DNA of 11,072 nt from an uncultured Deinococcaceae bacterium (GCA_964252075.1 CAXULY010000081.1:1-11072); one strand, 5' to 3'. Positions 1 through 7,598 are shown, counted from the stretch's first letter. Translations and numbers: made by a program. The notes: generated from the letters alone by a model not told the origin.

Positions 1-30
1 AACCCTGCGGTCCAGCTCAAGTTTTCGCAT
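1..30 (-). CDS. Possible 5' end of a gene running off the left edge (MRKLELDRRV...), product unknown
   Basis: CAT at 28-30 gives a minus-strand ATG with an open frame to the window edge, and it abuts a perfect 9-bp inverted repeat (32-56). Only 10 codons are visible. Confidence 0.35.
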   Translation of the reverse strand, partial: MRKLELDRRV

Positions 31-31
31 G

Positions 32-56
32 TACCATTCAGTTTTTTTGAATGGTA
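32..56. promoter_or_regulatory. Palindromic operator candidate TACCATTCA-N7-TGAATGGTA
   Basis: Perfect 9-bp inverted repeat (32-40/48-56), AT-rich in a GC-rich background, directly upstream of the minus-strand ATG at 30. Each arm contains a TACCAT -10-like hexamer. Confidence 0.55.
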
Positions 57-361
57 TGCGGCGGCAGGGCTGGCGCGTCGCCTGGGCGGCGCAACTCAAA
101 CGCCCGTCACCACGCGCACCGTGACTGTTCAAGACCTGCGCGCAACCGAGGCGGACCGGCGTAGGCAGCGCCCCTCCGTTGCGGGGGCGTTTCACCAGCC
201 GACCGCTGCCAGAACGCTGGAACCGCTCGAAAACAACGGCCCGGTCGTGTAGCCGAGACCGGCATGAATCAGGTTCTCGTGCAGGCTATTACAACGGGTG
301 CTCTTGAGATTAACCCTCTGGCGGTGTCAGGCGTGCCCTGGTAGGCCTCACACCTTGGCGT

Positions 362-386
362 GCGCATAAAGGCCCTGCCTATGCGC
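362..386 (-). terminator. Stem-loop downstream of histidine kinase 1, possible terminator
   Basis: GCGCATA(362-368)/TATGCGC(380-386) stem with inner GGC/GCC pairs, about 40 nt past the stop at 424. There is no U-tract. Confidence 0.35.
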
Positions 387-423
387 CCCAGCCGATCGCT
401 GCTTGAGGTTCGTCCGGGCGCTC

Positions 424-2637
424 CTATCCCTCGCTTTTCGGGAGGGTGAAGGTGAAGGTCGCGCCTTCACCCACCGCGCCGCGCGCCTGCACGGTGCCGC
501 CGTGCCGCTGAATCACCCGTCGCACGTTCGCGAGGCCCACCCCGGTGCCCTCGAACTCCTCCGCTTTGTGCAGCCGCTGGAACACCCCGAACAACCGCTC
601 GGCGTACGCCTCATCGAAGCCCACGCCGTTGTCCTGCACGTGTACCGTCCACGCGCGCCCGTCCTCCTCGCCCCACACGCGAATGACCGCGGGCGTGCGC
701 TGCCGGGTGTACTTCACGGCGTTCCCGACGAGGTTGTGCAGCACCAGGAGCAGCGTCTCCCGGTCCCCCAGCACCTCCGGGAGCGGCTGGAGGTGCCACC
801 GCACCGCGCGGCCCGCCAGGTCAGGCGCGAGGTCGCGCTGCACCTGCGCCAGCAGGTCGTTGAGGTTCACGGGGCGCCGCTGAATGTCGCGCCGTCCAAT
901 TCTGGACAGCTGCAGCAGCGCGTCGATCAGCGCGGACATCCGCCCGCCCGCGCGGTGGATGATCTCCAGGAAGCGCGCGGTGCGCGCCGGGTCATCCATG
1001 GACCTCAACGCCAGTTCCGCGAAGCTGGTGATGTGCCGCACGGGCGTCATGAGGTCGTGCGAGACGCTGTACGTGAACGCCTCGATCTCCTCGTTCGCCA
1101 CGCGCAGTTCCTCGTTGCGCCGGGTGATTTCCGCGACGCGCTGCGCGCGCTCCAGCGCCAGCCCGAGGCTGCGCGTCACGGTCTCCAGCACCGCCCGCTC
1201 GGTGGTCGTCCAGGGCCTCGGCTGGAAGACGCAGGCGATCAGGATGCCGACGACCCCATCGTTCACGTGCACGGGGAGGCTGGCGGCGGTGTTCACGTGC
1301 TCCACCATGAGGACGGACGTGTCGCTGCCCTTGGCGTACTGGTCCTGGTACAGCGGTTGCCCGGTCGTCCAGGGGAGGTCCACGCTGGGCGTGTGCCCGA
1401 CGGGCGGTCCCGCATCGATGAACGCCTGCAGGTCCGGGTGGCCCACGTCGCCGGTCTGCACGGTGTTGCGCCAGCGGTCCCCGTCCAGCTCGTAGTACAG
1501 CGTGTACGCGGGCGGCAGCAGCGACAGAATCACCTCCTGCGCGCGGCGCACCAGGTCGCGCGGGTCGCTGTGCAGCGCCAGGTCCCGCGTGAGTTCCGCG
1601 AAGCCCTCCAGCGCCCGGGTGCGCGCGTCGAGGTCCTCGTTCTGGCGCTGCAGGTGCTGGGTGTGGCGCCGTTCCTGCGCCTCGGCGTGAATGCGCGCGA
1701 GGGCGGCGGCGATCTGCGCATTGAAGAGCTCCAGGAAGTGCCCGTATGACTCATCCAGTCGCTTCCTGGGGTTCAGGCCCACCACCAGCGTCGCGGCGTC
1801 CGCGCGCCGCTCCGGGGTACGGAATGGCAACGCCACCCACTCCTGGATGGCCGAAGCGGGGTGCAGCCCGGGAAGGTGGGGGGCGTCCGGGAGACGACGC
1901 GGCGCCGCACGGCCGCGCGCCGCGCCCACCCACCCACTGAGGGCCAGCCGCGCCTCCCGCGTGACGTCCAGGCCATCCGTCAGGGCGGCGACACGTCCGT
2001 CCGGGAAGCGCACCAGCGCGGCGGGCACGTCGTCCGGGTGCGCGCGGAGGGTGTCGCGCACCGCGCGCAGCACGGCCCGGAAGGTGGGGGCGGCAGCGGT
2101 GCTGGCGGCGAGGGCGGACAGCAGTTGCGTGCGGCGCTGCGCGAGGGTGCGCTCCGTCACTTCGGTGCACGCGACGAACATGCCGGAGACGCGACCGCCC
2201 GCGTCGTGGATGGGCGTGTACCCGAAGTCGAAGTAACAGTCCTCCAGGTACCCGAAGCGCTGCAGGGGCACCAGCGCGCCCTGGGCGGCGTACGCCTCGC
2301 CGCGCGTGAGGAGCGCGTCGAAGACGGGCTGCAGCACCGGGTACGCGTCGGCGCCGAAGACGTCCGCGAGCGGCATGCCGAGCGCGCCGGGGTGCTTGTC
2401 CTGCCCGAGCAGCACGCGGTACGCGTCGTTGTACAGCGAGATGAGCTGCTCGGTCCAGCCGATGTACATGGGTTGCTTCGACGCGAGCATGATGGACACC
2501 GCCGTGCGCAGGTCCTGCGGCCAGCCGGAACGGTCGCCCAGCGGGGTGTTCGCCCAGGGGTGCGCGCGGATCAGGCGGCCCATCTCACCGCCCTCGGGGA
2601 GGTACGCGTTGGTGAGGGTGGCGTCGTCGGGGCACAT
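424..2637 (-). CDS. Cytoplasmic sensor histidine kinase (PAS-like + GAF-like + GAF + HisKA + HATPase_c), about 737 aa
   Basis: N-terminal 'GGEMGRLIRAHPWANTPLG..WPQDLRTAVSIMLAS..LYNDAY' PAS-like module. H-box EAFTYSVSHDLMTPVRHI (His codon 1057-1059), N-box NLVGNAVKY, G1 DNGVGF, F LFGVFQRLH, G2 GTGVGLA. Start moved from 2805 to ATG 2637 because the upstream 56 codons are low-complexity and TATGCT (2650-2655, minus) precedes it. No transmembrane helix is evident. Confidence 0.93.
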   Translation of the reverse strand: MCPDDATLTNAYLPEGGEMGRLIRAHPWANTPLGDRSGWPQDLRTAVSIMLASKQPMYIGWTEQLISLYNDAYRVLLGQDKHPGALGMPLADVFGADAYPVLQPVFDALLTRGEAYAAQGALVPLQRFGYLEDCYFDFGYTPIHDAGGRVSGMFVACTEVTERTLAQRRTQLLSALAASTAAAPTFRAVLRAVRDTLRAHPDDVPAALVRFPDGRVAALTDGLDVTREARLALSGWVGAARGRAAPRRLPDAPHLPGLHPASAIQEWVALPFRTPERRADAATLVVGLNPRKRLDESYGHFLELFNAQIAAALARIHAEAQERRHTQHLQRQNEDLDARTRALEGFAELTRDLALHSDPRDLVRRAQEVILSLLPPAYTLYYELDGDRWRNTVQTGDVGHPDLQAFIDAGPPVGHTPSVDLPWTTGQPLYQDQYAKGSDTSVLMVEHVNTAASLPVHVNDGVVGILIACVFQPRPWTTTERAVLETVTRSLGLALERAQRVAEITRRNEELRVANEEIEAFTYSVSHDLMTPVRHITSFAELALRSMDDPARTARFLEIIHRAGGRMSALIDALLQLSRIGRRDIQRRPVNLNDLLAQVQRDLAPDLAGRAVRWHLQPLPEVLGDRETLLLVLHNLVGNAVKYTRQRTPAVIRVWGEEDGRAWTVHVQDNGVGFDEAYAERLFGVFQRLHKAEEFEGTGVGLANVRRVIQRHGGTVQARGAVGEGATFTFTLPKSEG
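1030..1071. repeat. 42-bp exact repeat, copy 1 (H-box coding region; copy 2 at 9784-9825)
   Basis: gatgtgccgcacgggcgtcatgaggtcgtgcgagacgctgta is identical at both positions. Confidence 0.9.
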
Positions 2638-3118
2638 GCTGGCGCCGTCAGCATAGCGCGCCCCCCGCCCACCTTCCGGACGCGGCGCACCTGCTGGGCT
2701 GTGCTCAGGCGCAGGCTCGCTAGGTGCGCATTGAGGAGCGCCGTGGGGGAGGCGCCCGCTGTTCAGGGTCGTTCGAACACCTGGACTGCAGCGTCCCCGG
2801 TACACTGGGGGTTCAGCGTTGGCCCACCTGGACTTCGGTTACGCGCGGCAATAAGGAGGGGCGCTGCGCCAGATGACGCACGCTGCATGGCGGAGGCGCC
2901 CGTCACTCCAGGCCCGCCACAATGACCGTGCTGGCGCGGGCCCACTGAACCCGGCGAACGCAGGCGCACCAGGCTCCTGGTGCCCGGACCGGACAACTTG
3001 GAGATGCCCGCCGCCACTCGAAGCCTTGTCCGGCCGCACCCGCAATGACGCCGCTAAGCCGCATACGGAAGCCCACAACGTGTGGGCGCCCCACCGGTCC
3101 GTCAAGAAGGAGGGCGTC

Positions 3119-3688
3119 ATGCCCGGCATTCGCATTCGCTTCATCGCACCCACCACCGACCACCGACCCAGCACGCTCGCCGCCATCGCCGAGGACCTGC
3201 AGGCCCTGGCCGCGCCAGGGCTCGAACTGTCGCACGTTCAGATCGAAGGCGGGGCCCTGATGGTCCGCAGCGAGGAGGACGAGCGCCGCGCCGCGCCGGG
3301 CGTCCTGCGCCGCGTCCTTGAGGCGGCGCAGGACGGAGTGGATGCGGTGGTGATCGACTGCACGGGGGACGTCGGACTGGCAGAAGCGCGCGCGCTCGTG
3401 CCCATCCCGGTGATCGGCCCGGGGGAAGTCCTCCGCGCCCGGACACGCGGCCGTCAGGCGTTGTGGCTGAGCGCCGACGTCCTCGAAGGGGATCCGCTGC
3501 CCACGGTGCTGGAGGGGCTGGCGAACGGGGCGGAGGTTGTCGTGATGGGCGGCACGGGATGGTCCCCGGTCGCCGCTGCCTTGAGGCGGTCGTTGCGGGA
3601 TCGTGGCAGCGCGGCCGAGGTGCTCGACCCGCTGCCACTGGCGGTGGAGGAAGCGGTGAGGGGCGCTCGCGCCCTGCAGCGGGGCTGA
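3119..3688 (+). CDS. Asp/Glu/hydantoin racemase superfamily protein, shortened (189 aa), single Cys
   Basis: Strong RBS AAGGAGG (3107-3113) 5 nt before ATG 3119. Motif 'DAVVIDCTGDVGLAEARALVPIPVIGPGE' matches the hydantoin/allantoin racemase first-Cys region, followed by 'GAEVVVMGGTG' and 'VLDP' near the C-terminus. Confidence 0.8.
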   Translation: MPGIRIRFIAPTTDHRPSTLAAIAEDLQALAAPGLELSHVQIEGGALMVRSEEDERRAAPGVLRRVLEAAQDGVDAVVIDCTGDVGLAEARALVPIPVIGPGEVLRARTRGRQALWLSADVLEGDPLPTVLEGLANGAEVVVMGGTGWSPVAAALRRSLRDRGSAAEVLDPLPLAVEEAVRGARALQRG

Positions 3689-3931
3689 GGGGCGGATTGT
3701 ATCTCCCAATTCGGTTCAGTCCTATGCGTATTCAAGTCGGTAACGCCGAAGCAACATGCCAGGAGGACCGCAAGGACAGGGTCGGCTGAGGAGCGAGGGA
3801 TTGCCTTGCGTCGTGTGGGGCTGGCCCTCCGTGCGCCCAGTATCCATCGGGATTCGCGGCGCTAGTGTACCGACTGGAGTGGATTCAGGAGGCTGTGGCG
3901 GGGTTGACGCCGCGCGCCTCGGGAGCGGCCG

Positions 3932-3952
3932 GGACGAGCGCACTCGTCCTTT
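3932..3952. terminator. Hairpin between the convergent racemase-like and hydrolase genes
   Basis: GGACGAG-cgca-CTCGTCC (3932-3949) followed by TTT on +, lying about 10 nt downstream of the hydrolase stop on -. Confidence 0.5.
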
Positions 3953-3959
3953 GCCGCAC

Positions 3960-4832
3960 CTATTTGATGCCGTTGGCCCAGCGCACGATGGCGCGGTTCA
4001 CGGCGCTGGCCTTCTCAAAGGTCGCGGCGTGCGCCGCGCCCGGAATGACGACCAGCTGCGCGCCCTTGATGTGCTGCTGCATCTTCATGGAGAATTCCGG
4101 CGGGTACACGGTGTCTTCCTCACCCTCGATGATCAGCGTCGGCACCCGGATGATGTCCAGGGTGGGCACCGAGTCCGGTCTGGTGGCCAGCACGTTCGCG
4201 CCCGCAACATCCGCCGCGACGCTCGCCTGCTTCACGAGGCCGGTGAGGAAGTCGGCGTCGCCCTTGCGCGCTTTGCGCGTCGCGCCGGTCAGCATGTCCT
4301 TGAGGAGTTCCGGCGCGAGGGATTGAGGGCCGTACTGCTGGGCTTTCTGCGCCATGCCCCTCCAGAGGTTCTGCTCGACGACCGAGGCGGGGTTGGCGAT
4401 GGTGTCGATGAGGATCATGCCCTTGAAGCGTTCGGGCGCCTCGCGGTACATCTCGAAGACGATGGGGCCGCCCATGCTCATCCCGCCAATGATGGCCTGC
4501 GGGATGTGCAGCTGGTCCATGACGGCGAGGGCGTCCCTGGCGTAGGTCTGCAGGGAGCCCGGGTCTTCCTGTGGGGCGGTGCTGCGGCCGTACCCGCGGT
4601 GGTCGATGGTGATGACGCGGTAGCCGGCGCGGGCGAGGGCGGGACGGTTGCGGCTGAACAGCTCGCCGCTGAGGGGGTAGCCGTGCAGCAGCAGCATGGG
4701 GGTGCCGGTGCCTTCGGAGACGTAATGGATGCGGGCGCCGTTGACGGTGAGGTCGCCCTGCGTGGCGGCCGCGCCGGCGGTGCTGAGCAGGGCGAAGGCG
4801 AGGGTAAGAGGCAGGGGTGTGCGCGCGTTCAT
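3960..4832 (-). CDS. Alpha/beta-fold hydrolase (enol-lactonase/esterase-like) with N-terminal signal peptide, 290 aa
   Basis: Oxyanion motif LLHGYP, DHRGYGRS, nucleophile elbow GMSMGG, acid GEEDTV and His in GAAHAA. Start at ATG 4832 with GAGGA (4836-4840, minus) upstream. MNARTPLPLTLAFALLSTAGA is a Sec-type signal ending in A-G-A. Confidence 0.9.
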   Translation of the reverse strand: MNARTPLPLTLAFALLSTAGAAATQGDLTVNGARIHYVSEGTGTPMLLLHGYPLSGELFSRNRPALARAGYRVITIDHRGYGRSTAPQEDPGSLQTYARDALAVMDQLHIPQAIIGGMSMGGPIVFEMYREAPERFKGMILIDTIANPASVVEQNLWRGMAQKAQQYGPQSLAPELLKDMLTGATRKARKGDADFLTGLVKQASVAADVAGANVLATRPDSVPTLDIIRVPTLIIEGEEDTVYPPEFSMKMQQHIKGAQLVVIPGAAHAATFEKASAVNRAIVRWANGIK

Positions 4833-4868
4833 GGGTCCTCGATTCAGCGGGGCATCCTCCCGCCGGGG

Positions 4869-4890
4869 GAGTTGGTTGGTCTTCCAACTC
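4869..4890. promoter_or_regulatory. Putative TetR operator GAGTTGG-N8-CCAACTC
   Basis: Perfect 7-bp inverted repeat in the 131-bp gap between the divergent hydrolase and TetR genes. Confidence 0.6.
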
Positions 4891-4963
4891 AGCTTAACGA
4901 CGGGACGTGGCACAAACCCTTGGGGGCACTTCATGACATCTTGAGGCCAGGAGTGACGCGAGC

Positions 4964-5542
4964 ATGGTCAGCAAACGCGACCGGATTATCCAGGCGGCCA
5001 TCACGCTGTACCGCACGCGCGGCGTCGGCAGCACCACCCTGAAAGACATCTCCGGCGCCTCCACCGTGCCGCTGGGCAACCTGTACTACTACTTCAAGAC
5101 GAGGACCGAACTGACCTTCGCGGTGCTGGACGCCTGCGAACAGGAACTGCAGGACCTCCTGGGCACCTTGAACGGCCTTGACCCCTTGGCCTGGCTGGAC
5201 GCGTACTTCTCGTGGCTGCTCAAGGACCCCGAAGTGGCCGCGCGACTCGGCTGCCCCTTCGGGGCGTTCGCCACGCAGCTGCGCGCCCTGGGAGATCCGG
5301 CCGCCGCGCGCGCGGCGGAGGTCGTGCGGGCGTACCTGAACGCCGTGTGCGCACCGCTGCTCGCCCTCGGGTACCGGCAGGTGGACGCAGAGGAGGTCTT
5401 CACGGGCATTCAGGGCGTGTACACCGTGGCGCACGCCCTGAACGACCCTCAGCGGTACGTCCAGGGCATCCGGCAGTTGCGCGACCGACTCCGCCCGGAC
5501 CGCCGCACGCCACCGCCCAGCGATGAAGCGCACCTCACCTGA
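4964..5542 (+). CDS. TetR/AcrR family transcriptional regulator, 192 aa
   Basis: N-terminal HTH 'RDRIIQAAITLYRTRGVGSTTLKDISGASTVPLGNLYYYFKTR', C-terminal GCPFG motif as in NemR/LmrA-like TetRs, and RBS AGGAG at 4949-4953. Confidence 0.93.
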   Translation: MVSKRDRIIQAAITLYRTRGVGSTTLKDISGASTVPLGNLYYYFKTRTELTFAVLDACEQELQDLLGTLNGLDPLAWLDAYFSWLLKDPEVAARLGCPFGAFATQLRALGDPAAARAAEVVRAYLNAVCAPLLALGYRQVDAEEVFTGIQGVYTVAHALNDPQRYVQGIRQLRDRLRPDRRTPPPSDEAHLT

Positions 5543-5699
5543 GCAACCGATGACGGTCGGGGGAGAGGCCACAGGCACGGTGTTCCGATCACCCATGCAA
5601 GGCGGTCGTTCGTAACGCCCACCGAACGGGTTGGACATGGGTTGCGCGAAAGGCAACCTATTTCTGAAAGGTGTTCTGTGGGTAGTCGCCCATAGGCAA

Positions 5700-5940
5700 A
5701 CCGAGGTCGGCGTCAGCACCGTCACGGCCACCTCAGTGGTGACCATTATTGGGCGGCGCCTAACCCTGAGTGACGTCATTACCAGTCGCATCCAAGGCGT
5801 GCCGTACAACTTCACGGGTGCGAGACACCAGCGCTGCATAAGCGCGGCCATCATCACTGGCAGTACCTTCTCGGCCATGCAAAAGCGTGTCTTCACCATC
5901 ACCGATACCTATGTGGAGGGCCTCTTCAGGAGCGTCACCG
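5700..5940 (+). pseudogene. Possible decayed coding fragment (Thr/Val/Ser-rich, beta-strand-like)
   Basis: Within ORF 5631..6242 the stretch 'VGVSTVTATSVVTIIGRRLTLSDVITSRIQGVPYNFTG...VFTITDTYVEGLF' has mostly G/C third positions. There is no convincing start or RBS and no family was recognised. Confidence 0.2.
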
Positions 5941-6297
5941 TCTTACTGCGGTCGTATTGCCCTGTGACAGCGAACCAACCAGATCGGAACGCGCCGGCCA
6001 GCACAATCACCATGACGGCCCTTCAGGCTCGCCATAGAAACGTCCACCGCGTAGAGCTTCCGCCCTCTGGCTCTTACGTCTTAATGCCGGCCACCAGAAG
6101 CCATCCGCGTGCATATTTCTGGCTGCATCAAGGTCTACTTGAGCATCAAGAGTCGCTGTTGGGTGAGGGCGCGACTGGGACGATGATGGCCGGCGAGCTC
6201 CTCAGGGCCTCCCTTCTCAAGCTCACCTCCAATGCCCGCTGATCTTTACTGGCGGCCTGCATCCACACTCGACCAGCGTCGAATCTACGTGAATCGT

Positions 6298-7065
6298 TCA
6301 GGAGGGGTGCCTGTCATCCACGGTGGGGTGCTTGGGCCAGGCGATCCAGAAGGTCGCGCCCTGGTCCTCCGCCTTCTCGCCCCATGCGCGGCCACCGACC
6401 CGCTCGACGCGCCAGCGGACCACCGCCAGCCCCAGGCCCGCGCCTTCGTACTGGCTGGAAGGATGACCGCGGCTGAACAGCTGAAACAGCCGGGGCAGCA
6501 GCGTGGGGTTGAACCCCACCCCGTTGTCTTGAACGCCCAGGTGGTGGGCCGCGTCGGTCTCCTGCACGAGCAGGTGCACGTGCGCCACCGGGCGGGACCG
6601 CGTGAACTTCAGGGCGTTCGACACGAGTTCAATGAGGATGTCCTCAAGTGCCTGTCGGTCTCCCTCCACAACGGGCAGGGGGTCATGGGTGAGTTCCACC
6701 GGGCGCTCCGTCAGCAGCGGGGCGACCGCTCTGATCACCTCCGGCCACAGGGCGTTCACGTCGAGGGGCCGGAGGTTCAGTGGGGCCCGCCGGGCGCGCA
6801 TGTAGCGGTCCATGGAGCTCATCAGGGCGAAGGTCTGCTGCAGGGCCCGCTCGGTGTGCAGCAGGCTCGTCGTGGCCGCGACCACCTCGTCGCCCAGGGC
6901 ATCGCGCGTCTGCTGCCAGAACCGCTGCGCCCGCAGGACGGGCAGGTGCAGCTGGCGCAGGAACTGGGTCATCGCCGCACCCAGTTCCCCCGCTTCGCTC
7001 TGAGCGGCAGGGTTGGGGGCATCAGTGGGTGAGTGCGGTGCGCCTTCGAGGGGGTTTTTGGTCAT
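6298..7065 (-). CDS. Sensor-less histidine-kinase-like protein (degenerate DHp + HATPase_c), 255 aa; probable pseudokinase
   Basis: N-box ELVSNALKF, G1 VQDNGVGF, F LFQLF and G2 GAGLGLA are intact. The H-box region reads ELGAAMTQFLRQLHLPV, with no His at the canonical position. ATG 7065 has AGGA (7071-7074) and TACACT (7087-7092) upstream on the minus strand. Confidence 0.85.
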   Translation of the reverse strand: MTKNPLEGAPHSPTDAPNPAAQSEAGELGAAMTQFLRQLHLPVLRAQRFWQQTRDALGDEVVAATTSLLHTERALQQTFALMSSMDRYMRARRAPLNLRPLDVNALWPEVIRAVAPLLTERPVELTHDPLPVVEGDRQALEDILIELVSNALKFTRSRPVAHVHLLVQETDAAHHLGVQDNGVGFNPTLLPRLFQLFSRGHPSSQYEGAGLGLAVVRWRVERVGGRAWGEKAEDQGATFWIAWPKHPTVDDRHPS

Positions 7066-7250
7066 GGGTTTCCTAAGAGCGTCTTGAGTGTATGTGCGGG
7101 GCTGGTGAGGGAAGCGTGCCAGGGCCCTTTTCGGCCAGGTGTTGACCAAGTGCCCCACACGCTTTTGGGCGCCCACACCCAGCGCTGGGGAAGCCTTGAG
7201 AACGGGCGCGCGCCTACCAACTGGCTCGGGAGCGGGTGCCACCGTGGGGC

Positions 7251-7598
7251 ATGGCGACCAAGCACCACGTGGACCTGTCTATCCCGAAACACGTGCAGGA
7301 GAACGCCCGGAAGGGCCTGGAACTCCGCGCCGAGTACGGCTTCGGCGGCACCGCCGTCGGCGAGAAGACCGCGCAGATCCTCGCGCGCGGCGGGACCGTC
7401 ACGGCCCGCAAGGCGCTGCACATCTCCCGGTACTGGCCGAGGCACGCGCACGACCGCCTCGACCAGAAGGGAGCGGGCGATGAGCGGCCGAGCCGCGGGT
7501 ACATCGCGTGGCTGTTGTGGGGTGGGGACGAGGGCCGCGCGTGGAGTGAGAAGCTCGCTGCTCAACTCGCGCCGCAGGACCAGAAGCCGCACGCCTGA
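7251..7598 (+). CDS. Hypothetical protein (115 aa) with 'GGTAVG...RH...GYIAWLLWGGDEGRAW' motif
   Basis: Codon usage is typical of the GC-rich genes here. The motif pattern resembles a small uncharacterised domain I recall from bacterial and phage head-module proteins. No SD is present, and TGC-CACCGT lies 5 nt before the ATG (possible leaderless start). Confidence 0.8.
   Translation: MATKHHVDLSIPKHVQENARKGLELRAEYGFGGTAVGEKTAQILARGGTVTARKALHISRYWPRHAHDRLDQKGAGDERPSRGYIAWLLWGGDEGRAWSEKLAAQLAPQDQKPHA

Noticed and set aside
403..1749. 448-aa plus-strand ORF, and similar ORFs at 6232-7032 and 9031-10005 that resemble each other
   Set aside because: Antisense shadows of the three kinase genes. 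High GC3 suppresses stops on the opposite strand, and their mutual similarity just mirrors kinase paralogy.
2761..2790. GTTCGAAC resembling a tRNA T-loop or a LexA-type GTTC repeat
   Set aside because: No cloverleaf can be built, and the GTTC spacing is 6 nt rather than the 7 nt of the alphaproteobacterial LexA box.
2638..2805. N-terminal extensions in the ORF track (starts at 2805, 2873, 4934, 7242, 7236)
   Set aside because: Low-complexity extensions with no family similarity. The downstream ATGs have RBS or -10 support.
1861..2925. 354-aa plus-strand ORF
   Set aside because: Antisense to kinase 1, rich in Arg/Gly/His/Val with no recognisable motif.
3756..5042. 428-aa plus-strand ORF (also 2903-3709 minus and 4931-5902 minus)
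   Set aside because: Antisense shadows of the hydrolase, racemase-like and TetR genes.
5640..5715. GGCAAACC and GAAA loop suggesting a c-di-GMP-I riboswitch or hammerhead ribozyme
   Set aside because: The elements are in the wrong order, with no GACGCAAAGC-like segment and no CUGANGA core.
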